DNA of 63,386 bases, filler included, from Basidiobolus ranarum (taxonomy: Eukaryota), in NCBI GenBank assembly GCA_040143965.1. It is 46 parts of 46 records of this genome, joined end to end, with 100 filler letters (N's around TTAATTAATTAA, not from the genome) between each part and the next. Parts side by side here need not be neighbours in the genome. Positions count along the whole stretch, not along the records: positions 48,352 to 49,629 come from JASJQH010005720.1; positions 49,730 to 51,006 come from JASJQH010005721.1; positions 51,107 to 52,383 come from JASJQH010005722.1; positions 52,484 to 53,759 come from JASJQH010005723.1; positions 53,860 to 55,135 come from JASJQH010005724.1; positions 55,236 to 56,511 come from JASJQH010005725.1; positions 56,612 to 57,887 come from JASJQH010005726.1; positions 57,988 to 59,262 come from JASJQH010005727.1; 38 more parts are not named here. One strand, given 5' to 3'. This document shows, one piece after another, positions 48,565 to 60,737 of the stretch (its first letter is position 1; each line of letters starts with the position of its first letter). The position numbers were made by a program, and so were the translations under genes. The notes beneath the pieces were generated by a model. That model saw only the letters and a program-made list of their open reading frames with translations. It had not been told where the DNA came from and did not search any database.

Positions 48565-49629
48565 AACTTTCTACTCAATAAATCAATAAGTGAAAACAAC
48601 CAATTTCTCTAGTTTGCCAAACCACTTCCAACAGGCTCCAAATACTTTAACAGTTGGTAGTCATAGGTAGAGCAGATATGAGCAAGTGATCTTCTGCTGT
48701 AAACATAGTTCCAGATTCAATATGTTTTTCTTTTGCAATTCCTTAAAGCAGTCTTCACTTTGAATAGCCAGTTTTTTACAGTGATTGCTAAATGCATTTC
48801 TTTTTTTCTTAGAGTGCTCTTGACCTTTATAGGTAGGCTTCATAAAGCCTATTAAAGCATATTCTTCATTCTTTTGGTTGGATTCAATCAACATAAATCT
48901 TCATCTGGAAGTCTATATAATTTAAGGTCAAATTTTCAGTTCTTGATTCTAAAGCCATTACTAGGCTGTAAAAATCATGTGGTAGGCTATTCAGGGCTGT
49001 AACTATGATATCCTGATCAGTTATAGATACTCCAATACATTCCATTTCATCTGCTAAAATAATGATCCTATTAATTAATGATTTAATGTCTTCTCCTGTC
49101 TTTATCTTTGTATTGAAGAATTGCCCTCTTAGAAACATCTTTCTAGCAGCAGAATATGGTTAGTAGGTATCCTCCTAGTTTTTCCATACCTTCCTGCCAG
49201 TTTTAGTCTTGAACATTGAATTTGCAATTTATCTTTCACATGGAGACAAATTGTATAAAAGGCACTTTGTTCTTTTTTAACCTGGAGTAAAACTTTGGTT
49301 TCAGATAGTTTTGTATTGTTTTTTTTCTTCTACAATAGTGTCCCAAAGTCTTTTTTCTTGCAGCTGCATTTTCATTTTATTAATCCAAACTTGACAAATG
49401 ACTCCATCCAATCTTTCAGAAGAGGGAAAAGTTCCAGAAATCTGAGAAGTAGGCATTAGAGAGAGTGCAGGCCTAGGGCTCATAACTGGATAAAGTATTT
49501 GGGAGCCTGTTGGAAGTTGTTTGGAGAATGAAAGAAATTGGTGGTTTTCGCTTATTTATTTATTGAATAGAAACTTTGTTAAAGTATTTGGGAGCCTGTT
49601 GTAAGTGTTTTGGAGAATTAAAGAAGTTG
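48565..49629. mobile_element. LTR-B piece (+), copia-B gag (-), PBS (49475-49486) and tandemly duplicated LTR-B end
   Basis: ALNSLPHDF gag motif; AGGGCTCATAAC; AAAGTATTTGGGAGCCTGTTG occurs twice. Confidence 0.8.
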
Positions 49630-49729
49630 NNNNNNNNNNNNNNNNNNNNNNNNNNNNNNNNNNNNNNNNNNNNTTAATTAATTAANNNNNNNNNNNNNNN
49701 NNNNNNNNNNNNNNNNNNNNNNNNNNNNN

Positions 49730-50982
49730 GAATACAACTAATATTATCTTGATATATTGGGGTAGGATTAACTTGATCATATCCTAGTTCCTTGAGAAGA
49801 CTCCTTAGCCATATAGCTTCTTGAACAGCCATAGAGCTTGTCATATATTCTGCTTCTGTAGTTGATAATGCAACAGTTTATTGTTCGTTGCTAATCCAGC
49901 TTATTGGCCCACCTGCTAGCTTAAACACATATCCAGTTCTGGATTTATGGTCTTCTGTATTGTTAGCCCAGTCTGCATCAGCATATTCATCCAAAATAGG
50001 TGACATGTTGTACTGCTTACTATATTGAACTCCATGATGTATTGTTCCTTTCAAATAGTGTATTATCTGTTTCACTGCTATCCAATGGTCCATTGCAGGA
50101 TTTTCCATATATTTGCTTACTATGCTTACTGCAGTAGCAATATTAGGCCTAGTACCAGTTGTTGCATATATGAGACTTCCAACTGCACTATGATAGGAAT
50201 ATGTTTCATGATTTCAATATCTTCAGAGGTCTTTGGCTTAATATCCTTAGCAAGTTTTAGCATACATAGTGGATTTGAAGCTGTTTTACATTCTGACATA
50301 TTGAATCTGTTTAAAAAATCTCCAATATATTTATCTTGTGTAATACAGATTGTTCCAATGGTTGAATTTTGATGTATCTGCATTCCAAGACAATATGCTA
50401 GTAATCTAAGATCTTGCATTTCAAACTCAGTAGATCGCCAAGTCTTAGTTTGTTTCATCATATTTGAGTAATTAATAACTATTATGATATCATCAACATA
50501 GAGAGCAATTATCACTTTGGTGGCTTTGATAGTCTTGAAGTATATGCAGTGATCAGCTTTGCTATGATGGAAAAGATGTTGCAGGAAGATCAGATTGATC
50601 TGGGTATTCCACCTTCAAAGAGCCTGTTTCAGACCATATAGACTTCTCTGCAGCTTTCATACTTGATGTTCTTTTCTGTATGCAATATATCCCTCTGGTT
50701 GATCCATGTATATATCTTCATCAATTTCTCCATTAAGAAATGTTGTATTGACATCCATTTGTTCACTTAGCATTCCATGGTGGGTAGCAATGGCTAGGAT
50801 TACTCTGATTGAGGTAAACTTAGCAATGGGAGAAAATGTTTCATCATAGTCAATGCCATTTTTCTGAGTATAGCTTTTTACTACTAATGTTGCTTTGTAT
50901 TAGTTGATATATCCATCTGAGTTAAGTTTCAGTTTCAGCACCCAGCTATTACCAATAGTTTTTCTTCCAGTTGGTAAGTCCA
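49730..50982 (-). pseudogene. Copia-E RT-RNase H, interrupted by an LTR-D start at 50983
   Basis: LYVDDII, YADADWA, SRTGYVFKLAGGPISW. Confidence 0.92.
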
Positions 50983-51191
50983 TGTTATGCACCAACATAC
51001 AAAGTTNNNNNNNNNNNNNNNNNNNNNNNNNNNNNNNNNNNNNNNNNNNNTTAATTAATTAANNNNNNNNNNNNNNNNNNNNNNNNNNNNNNNNNNNNNN
51101 NNNNNNTGACGACTTAATGATCAAACTCTATTATAGCGTACTTGCTAAGTATATATGTACCCTTCAATATCATCCAACATATTGTACAAAC

Positions 51192-51962
51192 ATGCATTTC
51201 ACACTCAATTTACTCTTCACCTCTGCTGTGCTTGCGAAGTTGTCTATTAGTGCTCCATTGAGTGCACGTTCCTCCAGATATAGTAATGAGGCAGAGCCAC
51301 ACCTTGACCAATTGGAGGGAAATAGTCAGGGACAGTCCTCATCATTAAACCAGCCATCATACACAGATGGTCAACTTGAACAGTCACCGCTTCTCAGACA
51401 AGTATTTACTACCAAAACAAGAATTCACAACAACCTAAACGAAGCCAACATCAGCAACCAAAAGAATTCGGATATCAAGTATCAGTCTGGACCTAGCTTC
51501 GAAGCCGAAGGTACTGAGGCAAAGTCTAGCCAAGGTGAGTTGGCAGATCCAGATTCAGATGCCGGTGCCAGTAGTACTACTGAGACGCCAACTATCACTC
51601 AAGGTAATGAGTCAGGCCTACCAATACGATCTTCCGAAAATGTAGGGTCAGAGAGTACCTTACCAATCCAACAGTTGGGGGGTACTCTGAGCCAGTCATT
51701 ACCTCAGCGAGCCTTACTCGATCAGGTTCGAGAGAATTCAGCACAGACAGGACATGCTCTGTCCGATTCGAATCAGTTTGATCAAGTGCAACGGATCGAG
51801 CAAACTCTTTATCAACCTTCACAAAACTCCGAGCCTCCACAAATATCTGATGATCAAGAATCAGACGACTCAGACTCCACGTCAGGAAGTTCAGGCTGTA
51901 GTCGTTGTGGTTGCCGTCGCAGACATCGTGGCCGTAGATATCGCTTTGGTCGCAGATGTTAA
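51192..51962 (+). CDS. Secreted Ser/Gln/Glu-rich protein with Cys/Arg-rich C-terminal tail (256 aa, intronless)
   Basis: MHFTLNLLFTSAVLAKLSISAP signal-peptide-like start; TATATA about 40 bp upstream; CpG retained. Confidence 0.82.
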   Translation: MHFTLNLLFTSAVLAKLSISAPLSARSSRYSNEAEPHLDQLEGNSQGQSSSLNQPSYTDGQLEQSPLLRQVFTTKTRIHNNLNEANISNQKNSDIKYQSGPSFEAEGTEAKSSQGELADPDSDAGASSTTETPTITQGNESGLPIRSSENVGSESTLPIQQLGGTLSQSLPQRALLDQVRENSAQTGHALSDSNQFDQVQRIEQTLYQPSQNSEPPQISDDQESDDSDSTSGSSGCSRCGCRRRHRGRRYRFGRRC

Positions 51963-52483
51963 TTTCATACCTCTCATTACTGCATCATCTATGTATTTTA
52001 TGACATTCAGAAATAGCAATAAAGTGAGAAACTGATACTTAACCTATTGCTATTTTTCATTCACTATTATAGTGTAGCTCTCAACGTGTCTGGCTTTACT
52101 TTAGTGTTAACATAACTATGATTAAAGTTCATTATTAACCAACGTGTTCTAAGTTCAGTGCCCGTCATAATTTAAAGTTTGCAAATGTAGTACTAAACGT
52201 TCATGTGTACAATGCTGCGAGATATTGATATCACGCAAGGTATACGATTTTATAGCACAATAATTGTATAGATCATATCTAGGAAGTTTTATAGTGTTGA
52301 TGCTTATGTGGGATGTAATATTTAGCTCAAGAACAGGAGCTACGCATGATTGACTCGAATTTCGATATCTCCACTGTATCCGANNNNNNNNNNNNNNNNN
52401 NNNNNNNNNNNNNNNNNNNNNNNNNNNTTAATTAATTAANNNNNNNNNNNNNNNNNNNNNNNNNNNNNNNNNNNNNNNNNNNN

Positions 52484-53062
52484 GCAAGTTAGAGATATAT
52501 TGGCTGAATTCTTTATGGAAATTTGCCAAAATCCAAGAGCTTATTCTCATTGTGAATGGTAAAAAGAGTCAGCTATTTGCCAAGTGTCCATGCTATTCAA
52601 AATTCCAGATGTTTAGCAATTTTTCCACTGTTAGTTTGCTGGTAAAGCATATTGATGTTGTTGAGTTATGTCTAATCAGTCAAACATGTGCATATATAGA
52701 GACTAAACACAATGAGATTCTTGTATTTTTTGATTTTCATTATGGCTGGAATAGAAAGCCTAAAATATCTAAATAAAGGCATGCATATTAATTCAAATTC
52801 CTACAGCAGTAAAACTAGTAATTTGCCATTTGAAAATTATATTTTTGCAAAAATTGTTGGATATTGAATAACGCATGCCAAATTTGAGGATCAATGTTTT
52901 AACAAGTATGAATACCGTAAAAATACCGTCAAGAAACCCCTGTCACATCATCAAAATCCCTGGCAGAATGCAAGCCAATAATATTGTGATGGTTCTCTGA
53001 TGGTTTTGCTATTTTGGAGGTTGGATCCAATCTGGATCAAATCAATACTATTTTTTATAGAG
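52484..53062 (+). mobile_element. CACTA transposase C-terminus and degraded right end
   Basis: Collinear with 57165-57743. Confidence 0.85.
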
Positions 53063-53204
53063 TACATCAGGCTTTGTGCAGCTGGTGGCTTTGTACAGTG
53101 ACCATGCTTGTAATTATTTTTTTATGAAGACTCCGGCTTACATAGCACAAGAATTTGCAACAAAAATAGCAGGGCTTCTTCAAATATTTGTGTTGTGGCA
53201 TGCA

Positions 53205-53759
53205 GGCTTTGACCCTTGTTTAAGTGCACGGTGCTTGATGACTGAAGTTCTTTCCTTATCTGTATTTCCCAATGTGGCTTCCAGTTTGCAAGAAAGGCAA
53301 GGAAGTTTGAAAGAAGTGGAGATTGACTTTCCATCAAAGAAGCAAACTAAGATAGAGCTGTTTTGATAATAGTGTTGCCACTAAGCCTACTTTTGTTTGG
53401 TCAGAGGGGTAGTGGTGGGGATGTAACTGGATGATGAGCTTTCCTTGGTTAATAAAACCACAATAGTTTTGACAAGTGCCATCAAACGTATTTGGTAAGG
53501 AGATTTTGGGTTCAGGAGTTGGACTTGCAGGATAGTTGGGTGGAGCTGGATTCTGTACTTGGGCATGAGAAGCACAAAGTTCTTGATTTTCTTGCTGAAG
53601 CTGAGTTAGAGCTTCCATGATATCTTCCATTGTAGGGGCTGGTGTAGACATAATACTTACTATGTTGGGAGAGGGAAGTTTTAAAAACCACAAGTTTCTC
53701 TAGAAAATGATAATCACAATGCAATGTCCAACTTTCTGTTGAAGAAATGATTGGCACAT
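53205..53759 (-). pseudogene. Tf1/sushi-like gypsy gag N-terminus with leader
   Basis: EPKISLPNTFDG..GFINQ..YPSDQTKV..LLS, typical of Retrotrans_gag/PEG10-like proteins. Confidence 0.8.
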
Positions 53760-54851
53760 NNNNNNNNNNNNNNNNNNNNNNNNNNNNNNNNNNNNNNNNN
53801 NNNTTAATTAATTAANNNNNNNNNNNNNNNNNNNNNNNNNNNNNNNNNNNNNNNNNNNNTATTCTGCATATGTAGGCTGTGATGGAATCACCTTTTTACA
53901 ACCCCTAACTCTCTTCGACTTATAACCCTGGAACAATTTAAAGCGATTAAATATTAACCTTGGTACTATTCATAATATGGTCATTGTGTTGGGATCAAAA
54001 CATCATCTACTATTGTTCATATCAATTGTAGAAGCAATATTCATATGTAATGATCACTTTCTACTTTGTGTTTATGCATATAATCATCCGCTACACTCCT
54101 CCATCTTTACTTGATATCTTCATTATCAGACTATTGATTTGCTGCTTTCCATTCTGAATGGAGTTATTGTTTTTGTTTGTGTGTGATAGTATGCGTATAT
54201 GCTAAATTACATTGTGATAGAAAATGAAGTTTTCGAATGTATATGTACACGCTAGTATTGATGAGAGTAAAACTGAGAACTCAAGCAGCTAAAGTATATG
54301 TGTAAATCTCTCGCAAGCGATAGGATAAACCAGACAAATATGGTGTTGCGCAGAATAAGTAGTGTTGTTCACTCACCATACGTACCTAGTTTCTTCCCCT
54401 TTAGCTCTCTTCAGTCTGCTGTTCTTAAAAATATCATCGTTTCTAAGATTATGATGGATTTTAGCCATCTCCATTGTGTTTCCGTCTTTTCCCATTTCAA
54501 CCATCAAATTTATCACCACAATTATATAGTAACCCTCGATAAGTTAAACAACCATAATATTATAACCGAATATGTATAAGCGTCAATTGTATGATAACCT
54601 TCGATAAGTTAATCGCATCGTGGCATTATATCATAATTGAGAGAAATTCTTTAATATCCGACGCGAATCGGTTTGTTCGAGCTCAGATCATAGATTGAAG
54701 GAAGAAATGTTTGCTGCGCAACGGAGCCATCTTCAGCCAAATTGATTAATTGAATTTATCACTATGATCAGTAGTCACCATGTAAATACTGGTAGAGAGC
54801 AGTCTGATTTTAGGTTAAGAGTCAAATCCCAATTTAAAGCATTCTTTTTAG

Positions 54852-55135
54852 ACTTCTGAAATTAAGGAATGCTATCAACTCAGCTGACGATATTTTGAAA
54901 AGAACAGAAGCAAACTACCATAAGACAATCCTCTACATTATCAATCACTGAGTAAAGTACTAGATGAATATTGATCCATCTATGGAGGGTTATAATTCGG
55001 ATATATTACGTACTTCAAAGGAATTTCTAATTGAGAGAAGTCGTGATCTCATGACGCAAATATCAAAGATATACCCCATTAGTAGCTGTTCCGCCCGCTG
55101 GGAGTAAATACTCACAGGCGTGAACAGACCCAGAA
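54852..55135 (+). pseudogene. Possible UVRAG/Vps38-like remnant
   Basis: LIERSRDLMTQISKIYPI...ILTGVNRP resembles the IYPI..GV.LP motif; three in-frame stops. Confidence 0.3.
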
Positions 55136-55235
55136 NNNNNNNNNNNNNNNNNNNNNNNNNNNNNNNNNNNNNNNNNNNNTTAATTAATTAANNNNNNNNN
55201 NNNNNNNNNNNNNNNNNNNNNNNNNNNNNNNNNNN

Positions 55236-56511
55236 TTAAGCCACTCATCATCAGAGCAAGTGACAGTAGCTCTGCCATTTGGAGTCTTTTATTTTGCTGG
55301 TTTTCCTTTGAGATTTCTACTTTATATGTGGCCAAGCAATTTTTGGTTGTTATTTGGGCTTAATGGTCCAATGTATATTCTGCTCTGCTAGATTGTCATG
55401 GTAACACTCATATGGATGGTATGGGATTGATTGAAATCCCATATGAGAACAGGTGGAGGGAGCAGCATGTGGCAACTTCATAGCTTTTACCTATGATTGC
55501 ATACAAACCATTATGGTGTAGTAGGATAGCATTGCTCCCCACTGGCAGGTTGACTTATTTCCACTCCAAGCTCATATCATTACTATTACACAATTTCTAT
55601 TTTATTATCCTTATTTGACTTACCTATATTTTCTAGACAATTATATCACACTATTAGTATTATCCCCTATTACTTCAGATTTATCATTATTAACCTGCAT
55701 TAGCCCTATTATTTTCTGGAAAATTCTACAATCTTCCAGAACATTCCAATAGATTCTTGGATTATTTGATGATTGATTGAGTTTTGACCAATCAAAACTT
55801 GTATTTGCCAGAACATTCCATGGATTACTAATCTCATTATTTATGATGATATCATAACCCTGGATCCCCACCAATAGAAATCTCTGGAACTTTCCAGAAA
55901 TTTTCATTATTAATTATATCTACCACCAGAAAAGTATATATAGGAGCCATATCTTTTCAAATAAAAATCATCCTGGTTTTCAACTGACAATTACTACTTG
56001 TGATCATTCCTTATTTTCATCACCGCTTACAACACCTCTGAAGAGGAAGCTCAAAAGAGACTACTAGAGGCAGTTACAGGATACTATGTGACTAGAAAGG
56101 ACTTGACTGGCTCAAAGGAAGTACTGACAGGTACGTGTTATGTTTCTGATACTTTAAATTTTTTCCCTAGCTTTGTCCACATAGGCAAGGAACTTTTCAT
56201 ATCCTTGGATAAATCACTACTAGTGCATCCTTGTTCAAGACCCAGCTGGCCAACTTTACAGTTGTTTTTGATTGGATATACCCTTTGATCTGATCATTCC
56301 CAAAGGATGTTAAAGCCAGTATATCATTTTGTCAGGCTCCAGTATATTATTCAACAGAAAGCTTGACATTGGATTGTGGTTTATCAGTCCTTAGACATAT
56401 CTAGAGGCTTGATTCCCTTTCACAAAGACCCAAGAGGCAAGAGACAGACCCTTATTACAGTACATCCCAGAGTTATTCAACCGTGGTTATTGCACCCTTT
56501 GAACACCTCAC
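55236..56511. mobile_element. CACTA ORF2 remnant (-) interrupted by LTR-C (+, from 55517) and gypsy leader
   Basis: TGTAGTAGGATAGCATTGC start; collinear with 24125-24802. Confidence 0.82.
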
Positions 56512-56611
56512 NNNNNNNNNNNNNNNNNNNNNNNNNNNNNNNNNNNNNNNNNNNNTTAATTAATTAANNNNNNNNNNNNNNNNNNNNNNNNNNNNNNNNN
56601 NNNNNNNNNNN

Positions 56612-57887
56612 AAGATTTTGTAATTGGATATGAGAAACTTTATTACAAGTTTAAAGAAGATAGACTGAATCTATGCCAGTATTCAATACATTCCCTGCTG
56701 CATCTTTCACAATGCTTAGAGAATATGGGCCCTTGCCATACATTCTGGGAGCTCCCAATGGAGTGCACCTGTGGTGAAATGATGCTCTGTGTGAAGTTGT
56801 CAGTATTACCATATGCTAATTTGATTAACAATGTAGGTGCAAAATCAGTGATGGATGTAATGCAATGGGTTAATGAGACTCTAGAGCATATTAGCCTTCC
56901 AACAAAAGGCTCTTTTCAATGTGCTCACAGGTTTTGGCATTGTTTGAGCACAATAACAGCCTTATAACCCAATCTATAGACACAGAGTTAGTACCTCCAT
57001 AATTTAGACTAATTTGTTTCTGTGATTATCTGATGATATTTCTAGAAAAGCTGCTAGACAGACTTCTTGGTAAGAAAGATCAAGATACACAGTATCCTCA
57101 TTCTAGCCATGGGGTAATCTATCCAAGCAATGACACATCTACTTGTGGCAGGACATTGGTTGACTTCAAGTTGGAGATAAATTGGCTGAATTCTTTACGG
57201 AAATTTGCCAAAATCCAAGAGCTAATTCTCATTGTGAATGGTAAAAAGAGTCAGCTATTTGCCAAGTGTCAGTGCTATTCAAAATTTTAGATGTTTAGCA
57301 GTTTTTCTACCATAAGTTTGCTGGTAAAGCATATTGATGTTGTTGAGCAATGTCTGATCAGTCAATATATTCATATGCAGAGACCAAACATAACAAGATT
57401 CTTGTATTTTTTGATTCTCATTATGGCTGGAATACAAAGCTAAAAATATATATATAAAGGCCTGCATATTAGTTCAACTTCCTTCAGCAGCAAACCAAGT
57501 AATTTGCCATTTGAAAATTGGATTTTTCCAAAAATTGCCAGAAATTCAATAATGCATGCCAAAAATGAGGATCAATATTTTAACATGTATGAATACTGCT
57601 AAGCCACCATCAAGAAGCCACCATCACACAATCAAAATCCCTGGCAGAATGCAAGCCACCAATATTGTGATGGTTCTCTGATGGTATTGCAATTCCTAAG
57701 GGTAGATCCAATTGGGATCAAATCAATTTTATCTTTGTTAGGTTGGGTGGTCTCTCACTAAACAAATATACCATTGGTAAAGCTTGCCAGCCAACAATTT
57801 AAGTTAACCTGATTCTTCCTTCTACTGAATGGTACAAGATTCAAAATCTTTTGATACTATCCATCATATCAGGACTTAAATCACCAG
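56612..57887 (+). mobile_element. CACTA transposase C-terminal half through the right end (about 57743), abutting another Tnp2 piece
   Basis: HSLLHL..GPCHTFWELPMEC.CG (DUF4218-like pattern); places the transposase pointing towards the right TIR. Confidence 0.85.
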
Positions 57888-57987
57888 NNNNNNNNNNNNN
57901 NNNNNNNNNNNNNNNNNNNNNNNNNNNNNNNTTAATTAATTAANNNNNNNNNNNNNNNNNNNNNNNNNNNNNNNNNNNNNNNNNNNN

Positions 57988-59262
57988 TTTGTCAAAGTTT
58001 GAAGGATTCACAACTTGTGAATATTCAATATGCAAAGACTTCCCATCAAGCTTGGACTATATTGGAAGAATGTTATGAAGCAAAGAGTCTTGCTAATAAA
58101 CTCTTTCTCAGATGAACATTCTTCAATGTAAAGATGGAAAAGTCTGAAAGCATGGTTAATCAAATTGCAAATGTAAGATCTTTGGCAAAATAACTGGAAA
58201 ATATTGGTGCAACTTTACAGGAAGATGTCATTACAACTCTTCTAAGTAGTCTACCAGAACAGTATTTAAACTTGGTCACAGCTTTGGAAGCAAGATCTGA
58301 CAAGTTGCCTTTGGAGTGTGTGATAGTAAGGCTAATGGAGCAACACCTCAGAAGTAAGAATTTGGAAAAAGAATCTGAGGAAGTGGCTCTTTTTGGAGCT
58401 GGAAAGTGTAGCTTTGGCAAGTACAAAGGTTGCAAAAGAAGGAAACCAGGTTTATGCTTTGGTTGTAACAAACCAGGACACCATTTAAAAGATTGCAAAT
58501 CAAGAAATTACAACAAAAATGAGAAGTCAGAACAAGCAAATCAGGTTTAAGCCAAAGAGGAAGTTTTATTCATTTCTGCCCCATCAGTTGCCTCTGAACA
58601 AGACTGTAGGTTGTGGTATATTGATTCTGGAGCCTCTCAACATTTCTCTAATCAAAAAAACTGGTTTAAGGCACTCAAAACTGACATAAACAACAAGGTT
58701 TATATGGGAGATGACTGGCCACCAGAAGCTCTGGGAGTGGGAGAAATTGAAGTGGATCTTGAGGGCATCTCTGGGGACATGAATTTGACACTGAAATATG
58801 TGCTATATGCGCCTGGGATAGCAAAAAATTTGTTATCAACAAGTAAAGCTACATCTGAGGGATATAGCTTTAATTTTGATCAAAATGGCTGTTCAATCAG
58901 GGATCAAAAAGGGAATTACATAGCTTTGGTAGCTAAGCAAAATAACTTGTATAAACTTCATTATATTAGGCCAATATATGAACAAGTTAATACTGCCACA
59001 GCTGAAGAGATAGACTGGAAAATATGGCATAGGAGAATGGGTCATCTAGGCGCTGAAAATATGAGAAAAATAATCAAAAACAAGATGGTTTTGGGACTAA
59101 TTGTGTAATTCCACCGGATCTGGAGCTATGTGAAGGTTGCCTATATGTTAGACAACACAGACAGCCATTTGTGGGCTCTGGAATGAGCAAAATGGATCAA
59201 AATTTGAGCCTGCTACACTCAGATCTCTGTAGCCCAATGCAGACAAAATCCTTAGGCGGAAA
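57988..59262 (+). pseudogene. Copia-A gag, protease and pre-integrase
   Basis: CFGCNKPGHHLKDC, WYIDSGASQH, WHRRMGH, CEGC. Confidence 0.93.
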
Positions 59263-59362
59263 NNNNNNNNNNNNNNNNNNNNNNNNNNNNNNNNNNNNNN
59301 NNNNNNTTAATTAATTAANNNNNNNNNNNNNNNNNNNNNNNNNNNNNNNNNNNNNNNNNNNN

Positions 59363-60637
59363 TAACATGTAGAATATGTTAAGGAAGGTCCCAGGAACAT
59401 GTGTGCAAAATTTGGGGCTTCTAGCACAAGTTTTAAAAATCTTTATATCTGAGAACTTCTAAGTTGGTAAAAATATTCTAAGTAAATTCCAATTGGGAAT
59501 AGTTGATAATATCTTAGTCAATTATAAAATAACTAAGTACTAAGCTACATATGACTATATAGATGTTTAGGCAATGCTAATTTCAACAAATAATAGCAGG
59601 GCTTCTTTGAACATTTGTGTTGTGGCATGAGAAGGATTTCTTAGAAAAACGAATTCCTCCTACATAAGGGTGGTATTTTAGGTGTAGCCCATCAATATCA
59701 TCAGCGGATTCTGAGACAGTGTCACAGATGAGTCATCAGGGGATGTACAAGATATTTCTGGTAATGGATGGCAATTTTGGGTTTATTATAAGCTGTTTCT
59801 AAGCAATTCCATTACATCAAGCTTACCATCTATAAATTTCAATGCCATACAAAAAGTAATCAAGATCTAAATCAAAATTGGCTTCCAACCCAAAGCCACT
59901 GGCACAAAAGGAAAAAAACCAGCAAGAACAGAGGACTTGATTGATGAGGAGTTTAGCAATCCACTATCCACTTTGGAAGCCATTAACATGCTGGAAACTA
60001 ACTCAAGTAATGATGAAGCATTAATCATTTTACCACATGTGTTCCTTTCTAGCAAGATTGCAAGTGAAGAGATTGTAGTCCCCCAATTATGTAGTAAATC
60101 AATAGTTGAGCAAAGTTCAACCAAAGCACCATCAAGACGATCTACTTCCAAAATGGCTATTTTGCCCACTATTGGTCAACCCTCTGTAGAAAATTAGGAT
60201 TGAATTATTACAATAAGGGAATTGCAGGCAGAACACCGTAATAATATTTATGCAATCATAAGTAAAAACTATGAAGTTGCTATACAGGTCACAACAAGCT
60301 ATAACACCGCAATATTGCAACTAATGCAGAGTTTGGAAGCAACAAGTCAACAGTTAGAGAGTCACTCAACAATAATGCGAGACCTACAGAATGCTGTACT
60401 TGAGCTACAGCAACATGCTGCTCCCTCCATCCATTCTCATACAGGTTTTCAATCAATCCCACACCATGACAATCTAGCTGAGCAGAATATGCATTGGATC
60501 ATTATGCCTACACAACAACCCAAAATTGCTTGGGCTCATAAGAGTAGAAATATCATAGGAAAACCGGCAAACCAAAAGACTCTGAATGTTGGAGCTGCTG
60601 TCACTTGCTCTGATGATGAGTGGTTTAACATTTTGGA
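59363..60637. mobile_element. LTR-B (-, to 59588) inserted upstream of CACTA ORF2 (+)
   Basis: ORFs 59937-60197 and 60222 onward are one frame split by stops. Confidence 0.78.
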
Positions 60638-60737
60638 NNNNNNNNNNNNNNNNNNNNNNNNNNNNNNNNNNNNNNNNNNNNTTAATTAATTAANNNNNNN
60701 NNNNNNNNNNNNNNNNNNNNNNNNNNNNNNNNNNNNN

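Noticed and set aside
51117-51191. Longer N-terminus of the 281-aa ORF
   Set aside because: The extension contains the TATA-like element and precedes a clean signal peptide; ATG 51192 is the better start.
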